Source: Deltaproteobacteria bacterium | Lineage (GTDB): Bacteria > Desulfobacterota > Dissulfuribacteria > Dissulfuribacterales > JALVPX01 | Assembly (NCBI GenBank): GCA_027023445.1 | Contig: JALVVK010000015.1 | Coordinates: 1-61,837, forward strand | Length of the DNA stretch: 61,837 bases | Direction: 5' to 3' | In this document: in pieces, positions 53,434-61,837 of the stretch | Layout of the letters: each line of letters opens with the position of its first letter | Numbering within the stretch: position 1 is the stretch's first letter | Program-made: the position numbers and the translations under genes | Notes under the pieces: model-generated | The model's database searches: none | What the model saw: only the letters and a program-made list of their open reading frames with translations | What the model was told of the DNA's origin: nothing

Positions 53434-54138
53434 ATGGAAACTGATATCAGTAAGGCCCTGACCTACCAGGTAAAAAGGGAAATAGCCGAGAGGTACTTTG
53501 GTTACAGGAAGATTATCGAGGAGGACAAGGAAAATCTGAACACCATGCTGAAAGACCTCCGGCGCTTTTACGAGGAAAGGGTGGGGGTGGATTTTATAAG
53601 GATCTACGTGCTGTTAAAGAACAGGGATCTTATCCGCTCATTTCTGGATATTCTGGGCTGGCCTGAGGGTGAGATCCCGTTTTACGATGATTATATTGTC
53701 CACTCCCCTACCATAAAAGAAAAACTTTTGAAAGGGCTGGAGCCCCATGGATGGACATACAGGGGAAGACTCGTCAACCTGCTCGCGGACTGTTATAAGA
53801 AATTGTTTGATGATATCGTTTCTTATCAGGACAGATATGAGGAATGTCTTGAAGAGGCAAAGATAATTAACGAAGAGATACGCCAGTTTAAGGAGAATTT
53901 TTCCCTGGATGAAATCCTGGGCTTTATAGGAGGCCTGGACAGGCACGATGATCTGGCGGGCGCCCTTGGAGAGAATATTCCTGTGGGGCACATGCAGGAG
54001 CTGGCTGAAAAACTCATAATTGAACCTGTGGACACGGAGTGTATAGGCCCCAGGCCGCCGATTCTTCCGCCACTGAAAAAAATAAAAGGCAGACTCAAGG
54101 AGCTTGTAGCTAAAGCGGAGGAGACTTTTACCCTGTGA
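53434..54138 (+). CDS. Hypothetical protein, largely helical
   Basis: GGAGG RBS, long charged ORF with no recognised motif. Confidence 0.75.
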   Translation: METDISKALTYQVKREIAERYFGYRKIIEEDKENLNTMLKDLRRFYEERVGVDFIRIYVLLKNRDLIRSFLDILGWPEGEIPFYDDYIVHSPTIKEKLLKGLEPHGWTYRGRLVNLLADCYKKLFDDIVSYQDRYEECLEEAKIINEEIRQFKENFSLDEILGFIGGLDRHDDLAGALGENIPVGHMQELAEKLIIEPVDTECIGPRPPILPPLKKIKGRLKELVAKAEETFTL

Positions 54139-54178
54139 ATGCAATCAGGAAACAGTAAGAATCGTTTACCTTCAGGAG

Positions 54179-55324
54179 ATGTTTATGACCGCGGATAAAG
54201 ATAAAATCACCTTTCCTTTTGAGCACCTGTGGAACGTGGTGCCGGTAAAAGTTCCGGGCAACACCTATGAGATCCTCATAGGCCCTGGAATTCTCACTGA
54301 ACTTGCCGGAGATCTTGGAGAACTCAATCTCTCTGATCATTACATCATAGTGACGGATTCAAATGTGCGGGATCTGTTGGGTGAGGATCTGCTTTCATTT
54401 TTGAGGGCCGGGGGACTGCGCGTGGAGATGATTTCATTTGAGGCGGGGGAAGAATCCAAGCATATGGGCACGGTAACAGACCTGGCAAGGCAAATGGTGG
54501 CCCTTGGGGCCGACAGGAATACCGTGGTGCTTGCCCTTGGAGGAGGAGTGGCCGGAGACGTAGCCGGATTTCTTGCCTCGATCTATATGCGTGGAATACG
54601 CTTTGTGCAGCTTCCAACCACCCTTCTTGCCCAGGTGGACAGTTCTGTTGGAGGAAAAACAGGGGTTGATCTTCCGGAGGGCAAGAATCTTCTTGGCACC
54701 TTCTGTCAGCCTGAAAGGGTTTACGCGGACATTGGCGTGCTTTCCACATTGCCTGCGACTGAAATCAGGAACGGTTTGGCAGAGGTAGTCAAATACGGAA
54801 TGATTCGCAGCCCGGGACTCTTCAGACTTCTTGAGGAAAGGTGGTGGGATGTTGTCAACCTTGATCCGGAGGTTACAGCGGATATTGTGGCGCAGTCATG
54901 CCGGATCAAGGCAGAGGTGGTAGCTGCGGATGAAAAGGAAGGCGGGCTTCGCAGGATCCTTAACTTTGGCCATACCATTGGACACGCCATAGAAGCGGCG
55001 GCAAATTTCCAGATTCCCCACGGAGAGGCGGTCGCCATAGGGATGGTCGTCATATCAAGGCTTTCCGCGAAAAAAGGCATTATGCCGCAAGAAGATGTCA
55101 CGCGTCTCGAAAATCTTCTTGAAAAATTCGGCCTGCCGACCAGGATTCCCGACTATCTTTCCACAGATGAACTTCTGGAGTTGATATTACATGATAAAAA
55201 GAAGATCGCCGGGAAGGTCCACTTTGTCCTGTGCAAAGGAATAGGGGAAACCTTGATTACAGATGATGTAGAGACTAAAGAGCTTAAAATGCGGGACGTG
55301 ATGCTTCAGGAGACCAGTCGCTGA
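54179..55324 (+). CDS. aroB: 3-dehydroquinate synthase
   Basis: GE.SK, ALGGGV.GD, PTTLLAQVDSSVGGKT, LNFGHT.GHA.E, HGEAV and DKK motifs. Confidence 0.97.
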   Translation: MFMTADKDKITFPFEHLWNVVPVKVPGNTYEILIGPGILTELAGDLGELNLSDHYIIVTDSNVRDLLGEDLLSFLRAGGLRVEMISFEAGEESKHMGTVTDLARQMVALGADRNTVVLALGGGVAGDVAGFLASIYMRGIRFVQLPTTLLAQVDSSVGGKTGVDLPEGKNLLGTFCQPERVYADIGVLSTLPATEIRNGLAEVVKYGMIRSPGLFRLLEERWWDVVNLDPEVTADIVAQSCRIKAEVVAADEKEGGLRRILNFGHTIGHAIEAAANFQIPHGEAVAIGMVVISRLSAKKGIMPQEDVTRLENLLEKFGLPTRIPDYLSTDELLELILHDKKKIAGKVHFVLCKGIGETLITDDVETKELKMRDVMLQETSR

Positions 55325-55395
55325 AATCTCCGCACAGGATGCCCGGTTGTTTGCCTCATCTTGGGTTCCTTGTTGGACATGGTTTCTGTACAGGA

Positions 55396-55593
55396 TCAGG
55401 GGAGGGACCTGATCTTCCAGTGGCCGGAAATCCAGATGCCCTTCCAGTTATAATGACCTGGAATCCATATCCTGGCATATCCGTACCTGCATCTGTGGGC
55501 CCTGATCCGGCGAGGCTGAGACACTATCACGGTGCATGCCTGAAAAGCCAGGGTGAGACATAAAAGCGCCATGATTAAAACGGATTTTTTCAC
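55396..55593 (-). CDS. 65-aa lipoprotein with YXWGXW-type repeats
   Basis: GTG start with AGGAGG RBS; MKKSVLIMALLCLTLAFQAC lipobox-like signal; WIPGHY and WISGHW repeats. Confidence 0.75.
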   Translation of the reverse strand: MKKSVLIMALLCLTLAFQACTVIVSQPRRIRAHRCRYGYARIWIPGHYNWKGIWISGHWKIRSLP

Positions 55594-55923
55594 AATAGTT
55601 ACCTCCTGTTGAGCCTTTTTATGAGGCCTTGGCCGACAGGCACGTCCACCTGCCGGGAAGGCATTCACAGGGTCTGTGTCTTTTATCTGTTACTTTTGAT
55701 TCCATCCCTTTTCATCCCTTGGTTTGTCATCATGTCGTGTAAGATCCGGCATTTTTATTATTTAGCTGATTATTTCATTATGCCATATAGTGTCGCGTCC
55801 GGACATGAAAGACTTGTTCGGTAAATTATACGGAAATAACGAGTGTGGATGCGTATGCAGGATTATAATTAACATCCCATAATTTTTCTATCTGGCAGGG
55901 CGGATAAAGGGAAAATTTCCTTA

Positions 55924-55951
55924 TTGACAGGAAGTTTTTTCTGTATAAAAT
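55924..55951 (+). promoter_or_regulatory. Putative sigma-70 promoter for the DUF2589 cluster
   Basis: TTGACA-N16-TAAAAT about 150 nt upstream of the ATG at 56101. Confidence 0.5.
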
Positions 55952-56100
55952 CTTTTTATGTGTCTTTTATGTCTTTCTGACATCTCCTGTTTGTCAAAGG
56001 CCTCCGCCTTTTTGTGGATTACAGGTCTGGTGGCGCTTTGTGATTTTCCGGAGTTTTTTATGCCTGAGTTTTTCCCCTACCGCTTCAAGGAGGCCTCTAA

Positions 56101-56628
56101 ATGGCAGACCAGGTATCCCTTGACAACCTGATCGAAGGACTTGCCGGTGCTGTGGTAGAGGCTCAGCGCCGTATCGAATCCCGTCAGATCGAGAATCTGC
56201 AAGGTTTTTTTGATAAACATAACCGGCCCAGGGCCATTAATATAAGAGTGCCGTCTCTTGATCCCAACGCAAAGCCGGGACAGGATGATATCTACAGGGT
56301 TCCTCTCCTGCCGCTTGTCGCAAGCAGCCTGCTGAAAATTAAAGAGGTGGAGATCAGCTTTGATGCGGATCTCCTGAGCCTGGAAGATGAAGAAAAGGAG
56401 AAAGTAAGGGAGGCGGAAAACGTGGAGGATGAGTCAGAGGGCACAGCCCATAGGGGGGTGGGGAAAAAGAGGTCCATCAACGTGGATGTGCGTGGAGGAA
56501 TGTTTAGGCGAAAGGCCGGGGGGGTTCATGTGGTTCTTAAGGTGGAGGGAAGGGAGCCCTCCGAGGGTATGGCCCGGCTTATTGACCGGCTTATACAGTC
56601 CCAGGGTGTAGTAAAAATACCGGAATAA
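56101..56628 (+). CDS. DUF2589-like protein, paralogue A
   Basis: SLDNLIEGLAGAVVEAQ, VPLLPLV..LKIKEVEISFD and PSEGMARLID; AAGGAGG RBS. Confidence 0.78.
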   Translation: MADQVSLDNLIEGLAGAVVEAQRRIESRQIENLQGFFDKHNRPRAINIRVPSLDPNAKPGQDDIYRVPLLPLVASSLLKIKEVEISFDADLLSLEDEEKEKVREAENVEDESEGTAHRGVGKKRSINVDVRGGMFRRKAGGVHVVLKVEGREPSEGMARLIDRLIQSQGVVKIPE

Positions 56629-56690
56629 ATATGTGGTCAGGTATATGAAAAGCGTCGGACAAGAACATTTAAAGGAAGGAGGAAAACAGC

Positions 56691-57386
56691 ATGGCAAATG
56701 AATTAGTCAACATGTCGGATCAATTCCAGGGGCTTCCCATGGACAGCCTGATAGGAGGGCCTCTGGCCGCGGCCTGCGAGGCTCAGTTGAAACTGGCCAA
56801 TGCTACCGCGGATTTTATCAGGGTGGTTGGTTTCCTGCCTCCTGAAAAACCGGATCCCAACGACCCGAATGCCGTGGGAGACACGAGAACCGCGACTTTC
56901 AGGTTCAAGCGTCCTGTTGAGGTGCCGGCACCTCCGGGCGCGGATCTGACCGCGGGTGAACTGCCCGTGCCGACCATACACGAAGAAAAAGTGGAAATGG
57001 AGGTGCCCCTGCTGGCCATTGTAAAGGTGCCTGCCCTGAGCATCACATCGGTTGATATCACCTTTGACATGGAGGTTAAATCCTCGTTTTCCACATCCAC
57101 AAAGATTGCGGCAGAGGCCTCCATGAAGGGGGGGATTACCGCGGGCTACCCGCCGTTCATAAGCGCTCATGTCAGCATCCAGGGATCAGTGTCAACTCAT
57201 AAGGAAAATACTCGTTCATCAGACAATTCGGCTAAATATCACGTGGAGGTACATGCCGAGGATTCAGGAATGCCCGAGGGTCTGGCCAGGGTGATGGATA
57301 TCCTTCAGACTGCTATAGCCCCCAAGAATATCGAACGTCAGGGGAGTAAATCTAACCCGTCGCCCGCTGCCCCAACTTCTCCCTGA
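56691..57386 (+). CDS. DUF2589 protein, paralogue B
   Basis: GLPMDSLIGGPLAAACEAQ, EVPLLAIV, ITFDMEVK, NTRSSDNSAKYHVEVHA and PEGLARVMDIL. Confidence 0.85.
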   Translation: MANELVNMSDQFQGLPMDSLIGGPLAAACEAQLKLANATADFIRVVGFLPPEKPDPNDPNAVGDTRTATFRFKRPVEVPAPPGADLTAGELPVPTIHEEKVEMEVPLLAIVKVPALSITSVDITFDMEVKSSFSTSTKIAAEASMKGGITAGYPPFISAHVSIQGSVSTHKENTRSSDNSAKYHVEVHAEDSGMPEGLARVMDILQTAIAPKNIERQGSKSNPSPAAPTSP

Positions 57387-57482
57387 GGGGGATAAGGGTG
57401 ATGGATAAAGCAAAGGAACAGGCGCTCGCCTCCCTTGCGTACCATTTAGATATAGTCCGAACATGGCAGGGAACGGACGTTC

Positions 57483-57737
57483 ATGTTTGATCTGACAGAT
57501 ATTCGCTTTGTGAAGCGTATTTCCGTGGGCACAAGCAATCCTGCGCGCGTACTCACGGAAGAGGAGATCCAGAGCGCGGTGAACCTTCTAAACCGATGTC
57601 TGTCAGGTACCCCTAGGGGCACGATCATCGGTATTGAAAAGAGCTTCAGGGTGTTGAACATAGGCGAGCACCAGGCTGTTCTGCAATGGATTGTCTATCA
57701 TGTTGGATTTCCAAGAAAACCCGCATGGCTTGATTGA
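57483..57737 (+). CDS. 84-aa hypothetical protein in the DUF2589 cluster
   Basis: Compact alpha/beta-like ORF co-oriented within the cluster, ending YHVGFPRKPAWLD. Confidence 0.75.
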   Translation: MFDLTDIRFVKRISVGTSNPARVLTEEEIQSAVNLLNRCLSGTPRGTIIGIEKSFRVLNIGEHQAVLQWIVYHVGFPRKPAWLD

Positions 57738-57918
57738 CATATTCCGCTTTTGATGGCTTTGAATTTGAATTGTTCATCAAGCAATGTTGTTTAAGGGTCG
57801 AGGTGTTTGAGATTCATAACCTTTTTCCAGGCATTTTAAGCGCATTATCCTGGATAATTAGGGTTAAATAAATAATCAGGGTAAATCCCTGCCTGTATGC
57901 CAGAGGGGGCGTGTTGGC

Positions 57919-58551
57919 ATGAACATAAAAGGAGAGACGGAAGGCCTTGATTTAGATAGCCTTACAGATACGCTGCGCAACGCATTATCCGGTGCGAACC
58001 GTACTCTTCTGGCAGACCAGGAATCCGCCTTGCGGCGAATAATTGACGTAGGTGAAGACGGTGAGCCTGAATATATTACATGGCTCTGTTCCGTTGCCTC
58101 GCGGGACGGGCAAGACCAAAATTACGAAATGTTGCGCATGCCCATATCCGCCCTCAGAAGTGGAGACGTCATGGGCATTTCGGAACTATCTGTGGAGGTT
58201 GACTGCGTAACGGAGCACCCCCGTCAGGAAGAAGAAAAAGGCCTGGTCGAGCCATCCAGGTTGATACCTCTTTTAACAGGGAAGAAACGGCGTGGGGCGG
58301 CCGTGCGACATGTGAAAATTGCCCTTAAGGGCCCGGATGGAGCCGAGGGGAGTATTCGGATTGAAGAAGATTATCCCAAACCAGGGATTTTGTCTGTTTC
58401 AGAAGGTGATGAAGGACAAAACAGAGTCGGGGAGGAGCAATATGGATTTTTCAAGGGACAGTTACTGCCGTATTTTTGTCATCTGTATCATGTGGTTATT
58501 TCTTTCCTCCGCAGGCTTATGCGTTGCAGGGACCGCCCGCTGCGACCTTAA
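57919..58551 (+). CDS. Divergent DUF2589-like protein, paralogue C
   Basis: LDLDSLTDTLRNALSGAN, LRMPISAL..GISELSVEVD and HVKIALKGPDGAEG parallel the motifs of A and B. Confidence 0.6.
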   Translation: MNIKGETEGLDLDSLTDTLRNALSGANRTLLADQESALRRIIDVGEDGEPEYITWLCSVASRDGQDQNYEMLRMPISALRSGDVMGISELSVEVDCVTEHPRQEEEKGLVEPSRLIPLLTGKKRRGAAVRHVKIALKGPDGAEGSIRIEEDYPKPGILSVSEGDEGQNRVGEEQYGFFKGQLLPYFCHLYHVVISFLRRLMRCRDRPLRP

Positions 58552-58882
58552 ATCGGCAAACCTTGCCGGCAACTGGAAGGGCGTTTTGATTGAATCCGGC
58601 GGAGACCGTATTCCAGTTGATCTGCATGTGACCACGGAAAGAGATGAACCTGGATGCGAGCTGGATTATGGTCCTGATCGCAACTGTTCCCTGGAAGCAG
58701 TGGGTGCCGGTTCCGACGAGAAGACCTTCTACTTCAGGTTCAAGGACAGCGACGGCGGATGGTGTGACCGTTTGATAAACGGAAAGATGTCTCTTGAGAT
58801 AAAAGACCGCAATACCCTGGATCTTGATGTGCAAAACGCCAGTGGGTCGGTCAACGAATCCGTTGAGCTGAAAAGAAAATGA
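58442..58882 (+). CDS. Secreted beta-rich hypothetical protein
   Basis: GGAGGAG RBS, hydrophobic signal-like N-terminus, LAGNWKG first-strand motif, four Cys in the mature region. Confidence 0.7.
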   Translation: MDFSRDSYCRIFVICIMWLFLSSAGLCVAGTARCDLKSANLAGNWKGVLIESGGDRIPVDLHVTTERDEPGCELDYGPDRNCSLEAVGAGSDEKTFYFRFKDSDGGWCDRLINGKMSLEIKDRNTLDLDVQNASGSVNESVELKRK

Positions 58883-58939
58883 TCCCGGGTGCGGAGGGAA
58901 GGATTGTGGCCTGTCAGTTGCCGGGTATTCACAGGCCAA

Positions 58940-59110
58940 ATTTCATGCTGAGTGGTGCTTCGCACCCTTGGCCATGAAAATGTTGAATGATAAATGGTGA
59001 ATTGTAGATTGTGGCAAACAGATTTTTATTAAATTCAGAAAGATATAACAACCTGGCATCTCAACTGAAACATTCAGAATTTATCATTTAACATTGCGTT
59101 TTTATGGTAA
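58940..59110. repeat. Full-length REP-like repeat, inverted relative to 48911-49072
   Basis: TTTCATGC..GGTGCTTCGCACC..CCATGAAAATGTTGAATGATAAATGG...TTATCATTTAACATT..TTTATGGTAA. Confidence 0.88.
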
Positions 59111-59896
59111 ATTTTCAGTGGACGCGCTTGATGCCTGCCCGTTCGGTATTTCCTGCCCGGAAATGGGATGATTTGCCGGGCTGAAAACAAATATATCCCC
59201 GCCCGCCTCATCCTGGTGCACCCTGGCCATGCCCTGTTTAACCATCTCCAGAAGGGCCAGGAATGTCACTATTACCGCCTCCAGGTCTTCCCATGGCATA
59301 AATTCGAACAGGCTTATCCTGCCCGCCAGGGAAAGCTCTCTGCCAATGGCATCTATTCGCTCGGCCATACTGATTCTCGCCTTGGCAATCTTTATGGTCT
59401 GCGCCAGGTCTTTTGCGCTTATCACCGTTTTCAGGGCGTCAATAAGGCCTATTAAATCAGCGCATACCGGGATGTCCTCCGGAAGATCATCTCCCTGGGT
59501 CTGTCCCGAGAGAAATGGCGCCGCCACATCCGGCAGGAATATTTCCCGCCCCAGCAGGGGATATTCGGCCAACTCTCTGGCGGTCTGTCTTATTTTTACC
59601 AGTTCCTGCAGGGGTCGGACTATCTCCAGCCGCGGATCGTCTTCAGGGTCCAGCGGCTCTGGCTTTGGAAGCAGGGTAGCGGATTTTATGTGTAGCAGTG
59701 TGGCTGCCATGGCCAGATATTCGCCGGCAACGGCTATATCCAGGGCCTTCATGAATTCCAGATAATTCAGGTACTGGGATGTGATCAGCGCTATGGGGAT
59801 GTCTGATATTTCGATACGGTTTTTCTGTATCAGGTGCAGGAGCAGGTCTAACGGGCCCTCAAAGGCCTCAATTCTTATCCGGCATTGGGGTTCCAA
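59102..59896 (-). CDS. scpA: Segregation and condensation protein A
   Basis: FEGPLDLLLHLI, ITSQYL, EYLAMAATLLHIKS and VTFLALLEM motifs. Confidence 0.94.
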   Translation of the reverse strand: MEPQCRIRIEAFEGPLDLLLHLIQKNRIEISDIPIALITSQYLNYLEFMKALDIAVAGEYLAMAATLLHIKSATLLPKPEPLDPEDDPRLEIVRPLQELVKIRQTARELAEYPLLGREIFLPDVAAPFLSGQTQGDDLPEDIPVCADLIGLIDALKTVISAKDLAQTIKIAKARISMAERIDAIGRELSLAGRISLFEFMPWEDLEAVIVTFLALLEMVKQGMARVHQDEAGGDIFVFSPANHPISGQEIPNGQASSASTENLP

Positions 59897-60882
59897 AGGG
59901 CGCTCCGCACCTGGCTCATGGTAGATTTGGCCACCTGGGCGGCCCTGGCGCCGCCGTCTTCCAGTATGGATTCAACCCTTCCCGGTTCGTCTGAAAGGCT
60001 TTGCCTCTTTTCCCATATAGGCTCAAGCGCCCTGACCACTGCCTCGGCCAGCTCTTTTTTGCATGCAACGCATCCAAGTTTGGCTGCCTTGCAGTCCCGG
60101 ACGATCTCCCGGTTCCGCTCATCCGGCATGTACAGCCTGTGGAGGTTGAATGCAACGCATCTGTTTTCCGGGTCTCCCGGATCGGAACGCCTGGGTCTCT
60201 CCACGTCTGTTACATAGGAGGATACCTTTTGTCTGACCACATCCGGGCTGTCAGAAAGGAATATGGAATTGCCGTAGCTTTTGCTCATCTTCCGGCCGTC
60301 AATCCCGGGCAGTTTGGGTACCTCTGCGAGGAGCCCTTCCGGGATGGGGAAAACCTCTCCGTACAGGTAGTTGAAGCGCCTTGTAATCTCCCTTGTGAGT
60401 TCGATATGCGGGAGCTGGTCAACGCCAACCGGGACCTTGTTCGCCTTGTACATGATGATGTCGGCGGCCTGAAGCACCGGGTAGCCTAAAAAGCCATAGG
60501 TGGCGAGATCACGTTCCTTGAGCTGCTGCTGCTGTTCCTTGTATGTGGGGTTTCGTTCCAGCCAGGAAACGGGTGTGATCATGGAGAGCAGGAGATGCAG
60601 CTCCGCGTGTTCCTTTATGGCGGACTGGACGAAGAGTGTGACCTTGGCCGGATCAATGCCTACCGCCAGCCAGTCCAGGACCATGTCATATATGTTTGCC
60701 GGGATATCAGAGGGGTGTTCGTAGTTGGTTGTCAGCGCGTGCCAGTCAGCCACGAAGAAAAAGCAGTTGTACTCATCCTGAAGGCGTCTCCAGTTTTCAA
60801 GAACTCCGTGAAGATGCCCGAGATGAAGCTTGCCCGAGGGCCGCATTCCGCTCAGTACTCTCTGTTTTCCCTCTTTGTCCAT
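59875..60882 (-). CDS. trpS: Tryptophan--tRNA ligase
   Basis: SGMRPSGKLHLGH, ADWHALT, YPVLQAADI, VPVG.DQ and KMSKS motifs. Confidence 0.97.
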   Translation of the reverse strand: MDKEGKQRVLSGMRPSGKLHLGHLHGVLENWRRLQDEYNCFFFVADWHALTTNYEHPSDIPANIYDMVLDWLAVGIDPAKVTLFVQSAIKEHAELHLLLSMITPVSWLERNPTYKEQQQQLKERDLATYGFLGYPVLQAADIIMYKANKVPVGVDQLPHIELTREITRRFNYLYGEVFPIPEGLLAEVPKLPGIDGRKMSKSYGNSIFLSDSPDVVRQKVSSYVTDVERPRRSDPGDPENRCVAFNLHRLYMPDERNREIVRDCKAAKLGCVACKKELAEAVVRALEPIWEKRQSLSDEPGRVESILEDGGARAAQVAKSTMSQVRSALWNPNAG

Positions 60883-60946
60883 AAATATCTACCTCTTTGC
60901 GGAGTTATGGATTCCCCTGGTGCCCGGGGGGCTGGGCACTGCCGGT

Positions 60947-61585
60947 TCAGGCGCCCAGCAGTAACCGGTTAATAAACACGATCAGCGGGACTATAATCCG
61001 GCTGGTAACCCCTGTAAAGACGAGCAGAAGAATCAGCAGGAAGCCGTATCGTTCAAACTGCGCGTATCGGAATGCCAAGTCCCTGGGTAACATCCCCTCA
61101 AGCACCTTACTGCCGTCCAGGGGCGGGATGGGAAGCAGGTTGAATACCGCGAGCCCGATGTTGATCTGAACGCTGACATAGGCCATATATATCAGGGGCG
61201 TTAGCACGTAACCCTCTATGCCTGTAAAATAGCCATAGCCTCCGAGCAGATTCCGGAGAAGAAACGCGCTGGCTGCCGCAACCAGCATGTTCGCCCCGGG
61301 GCCTGCGAGAGATACCCATATCATGCCCTTTCTGGGATTTTTGAAATACATGGGATTGATTGGCACGGGCCGTGCCCATCCAATGGTCTGGGTCAGGAAA
61401 AATACCATGGTGCCCACCGGGTCCAGATGTTTGATCGGGTTCATGGTAAGCCGTCCGTGCATCTTTGCCGTGGGGTCGCCAAGGCGATAGGCCACCCATC
61501 CATGGGCCAGTTCGTGTATGGTCACCGCGAAGAGGATTGGAGGGGTGAGTATGGCTATCTTTTGTATAATCGATCCTATATCCAA
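60947..61585 (-). CDS. Site-2 protease (M50) family protein
   Basis: HELAH, GDPTAK..GRLT.NP, AGP and FNLLPIPPLDG motifs. Confidence 0.93.
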   Translation of the reverse strand: MDIGSIIQKIAILTPPILFAVTIHELAHGWVAYRLGDPTAKMHGRLTMNPIKHLDPVGTMVFFLTQTIGWARPVPINPMYFKNPRKGMIWVSLAGPGANMLVAAASAFLLRNLLGGYGYFTGIEGYVLTPLIYMAYVSVQINIGLAVFNLLPIPPLDGSKVLEGMLPRDLAFRYAQFERYGFLLILLLVFTGVTSRIIVPLIVFINRLLLGA

Positions 61586-61684
61586 TTTTTCTCCTTTTTC
61601 CGGGGAAAACCTGCAATCTCAAACCCGGATAATGTGTCTGTTGTTTTTTTAAAAACGCCGTTCTGTCAACTGATACGCATGGTT

Positions 61685-61740
61685 ACTGTGAAAATACAAT
61701 GTTAAATGGTAACTGAAGTTTCCCAAAAATGTTTCATGCC
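61685..61740. repeat. Truncated REP-like repeat
   Basis: ACTGTGAAAATAC-AATGTTA-AATGGTA...GTTTCATGCC. Confidence 0.65.
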
Positions 61741-61837
61741 GCCATCCGTAGTAGTGCGGTTACAACGGAATTTATCACCGGTTTGACGGGTGGCGGGCAA
61801 AGTATTGCAAAATCCTCGCTGAGCGCTGCCTTTGCCA

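Noticed and set aside
55952-56100. Known riboswitch (e.g. c-di-GMP) in the DUF2589 leader
   Set aside because: No consensus aptamer motifs found by eye

Overview
Mostly core chromosome of a moderately GC-rich Gram-negative bacterium. The gene set and order suggest Desulfobacterota ('Deltaproteobacteria'); this is an inference. Housekeeping genes: coaX; LPS inner-core block (waaF-gmhB-waaC-Trm112-hldE kinase-DUF4416, then yicC-remA-gmk-rlmB-waaA); glnE; purM; ihfB; ftsY; gltX; an NtrB/NtrC-like pair; tmk; ldh; dapA-dapB-FAH-dapL-folK; rplU-rpmA-obgE-proB-proA-nadD-rsfS-gpmI-ABC ATPase-lon-M20 peptidase; aroB; site-2 protease-trpS-scpA. No rRNA, tRNA, CRISPR array or transposase gene was found. 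Points of interest: (1) an accessory locus between aroB and scpA with three DUF2589-like paralogues, an 84-aa partner, a secreted protein and a structured leader, which is the best candidate for an undescribed system; (2) glnE interrupted by one TAG at a conserved Gln; (3) a REP-like scaffold in about 12 intergenic regions carrying interchangeable 7-nt-periodic palindromes; (4) a MITE with ATAAA target duplications, one copy nested in that repeat, plus a collapsed footprint; (5) a group II intron domain V remnant; (6) an uncharacterised Cys-cluster/deaminase/radical SAM operon. All family calls are motif recognition by eye, not database searches.
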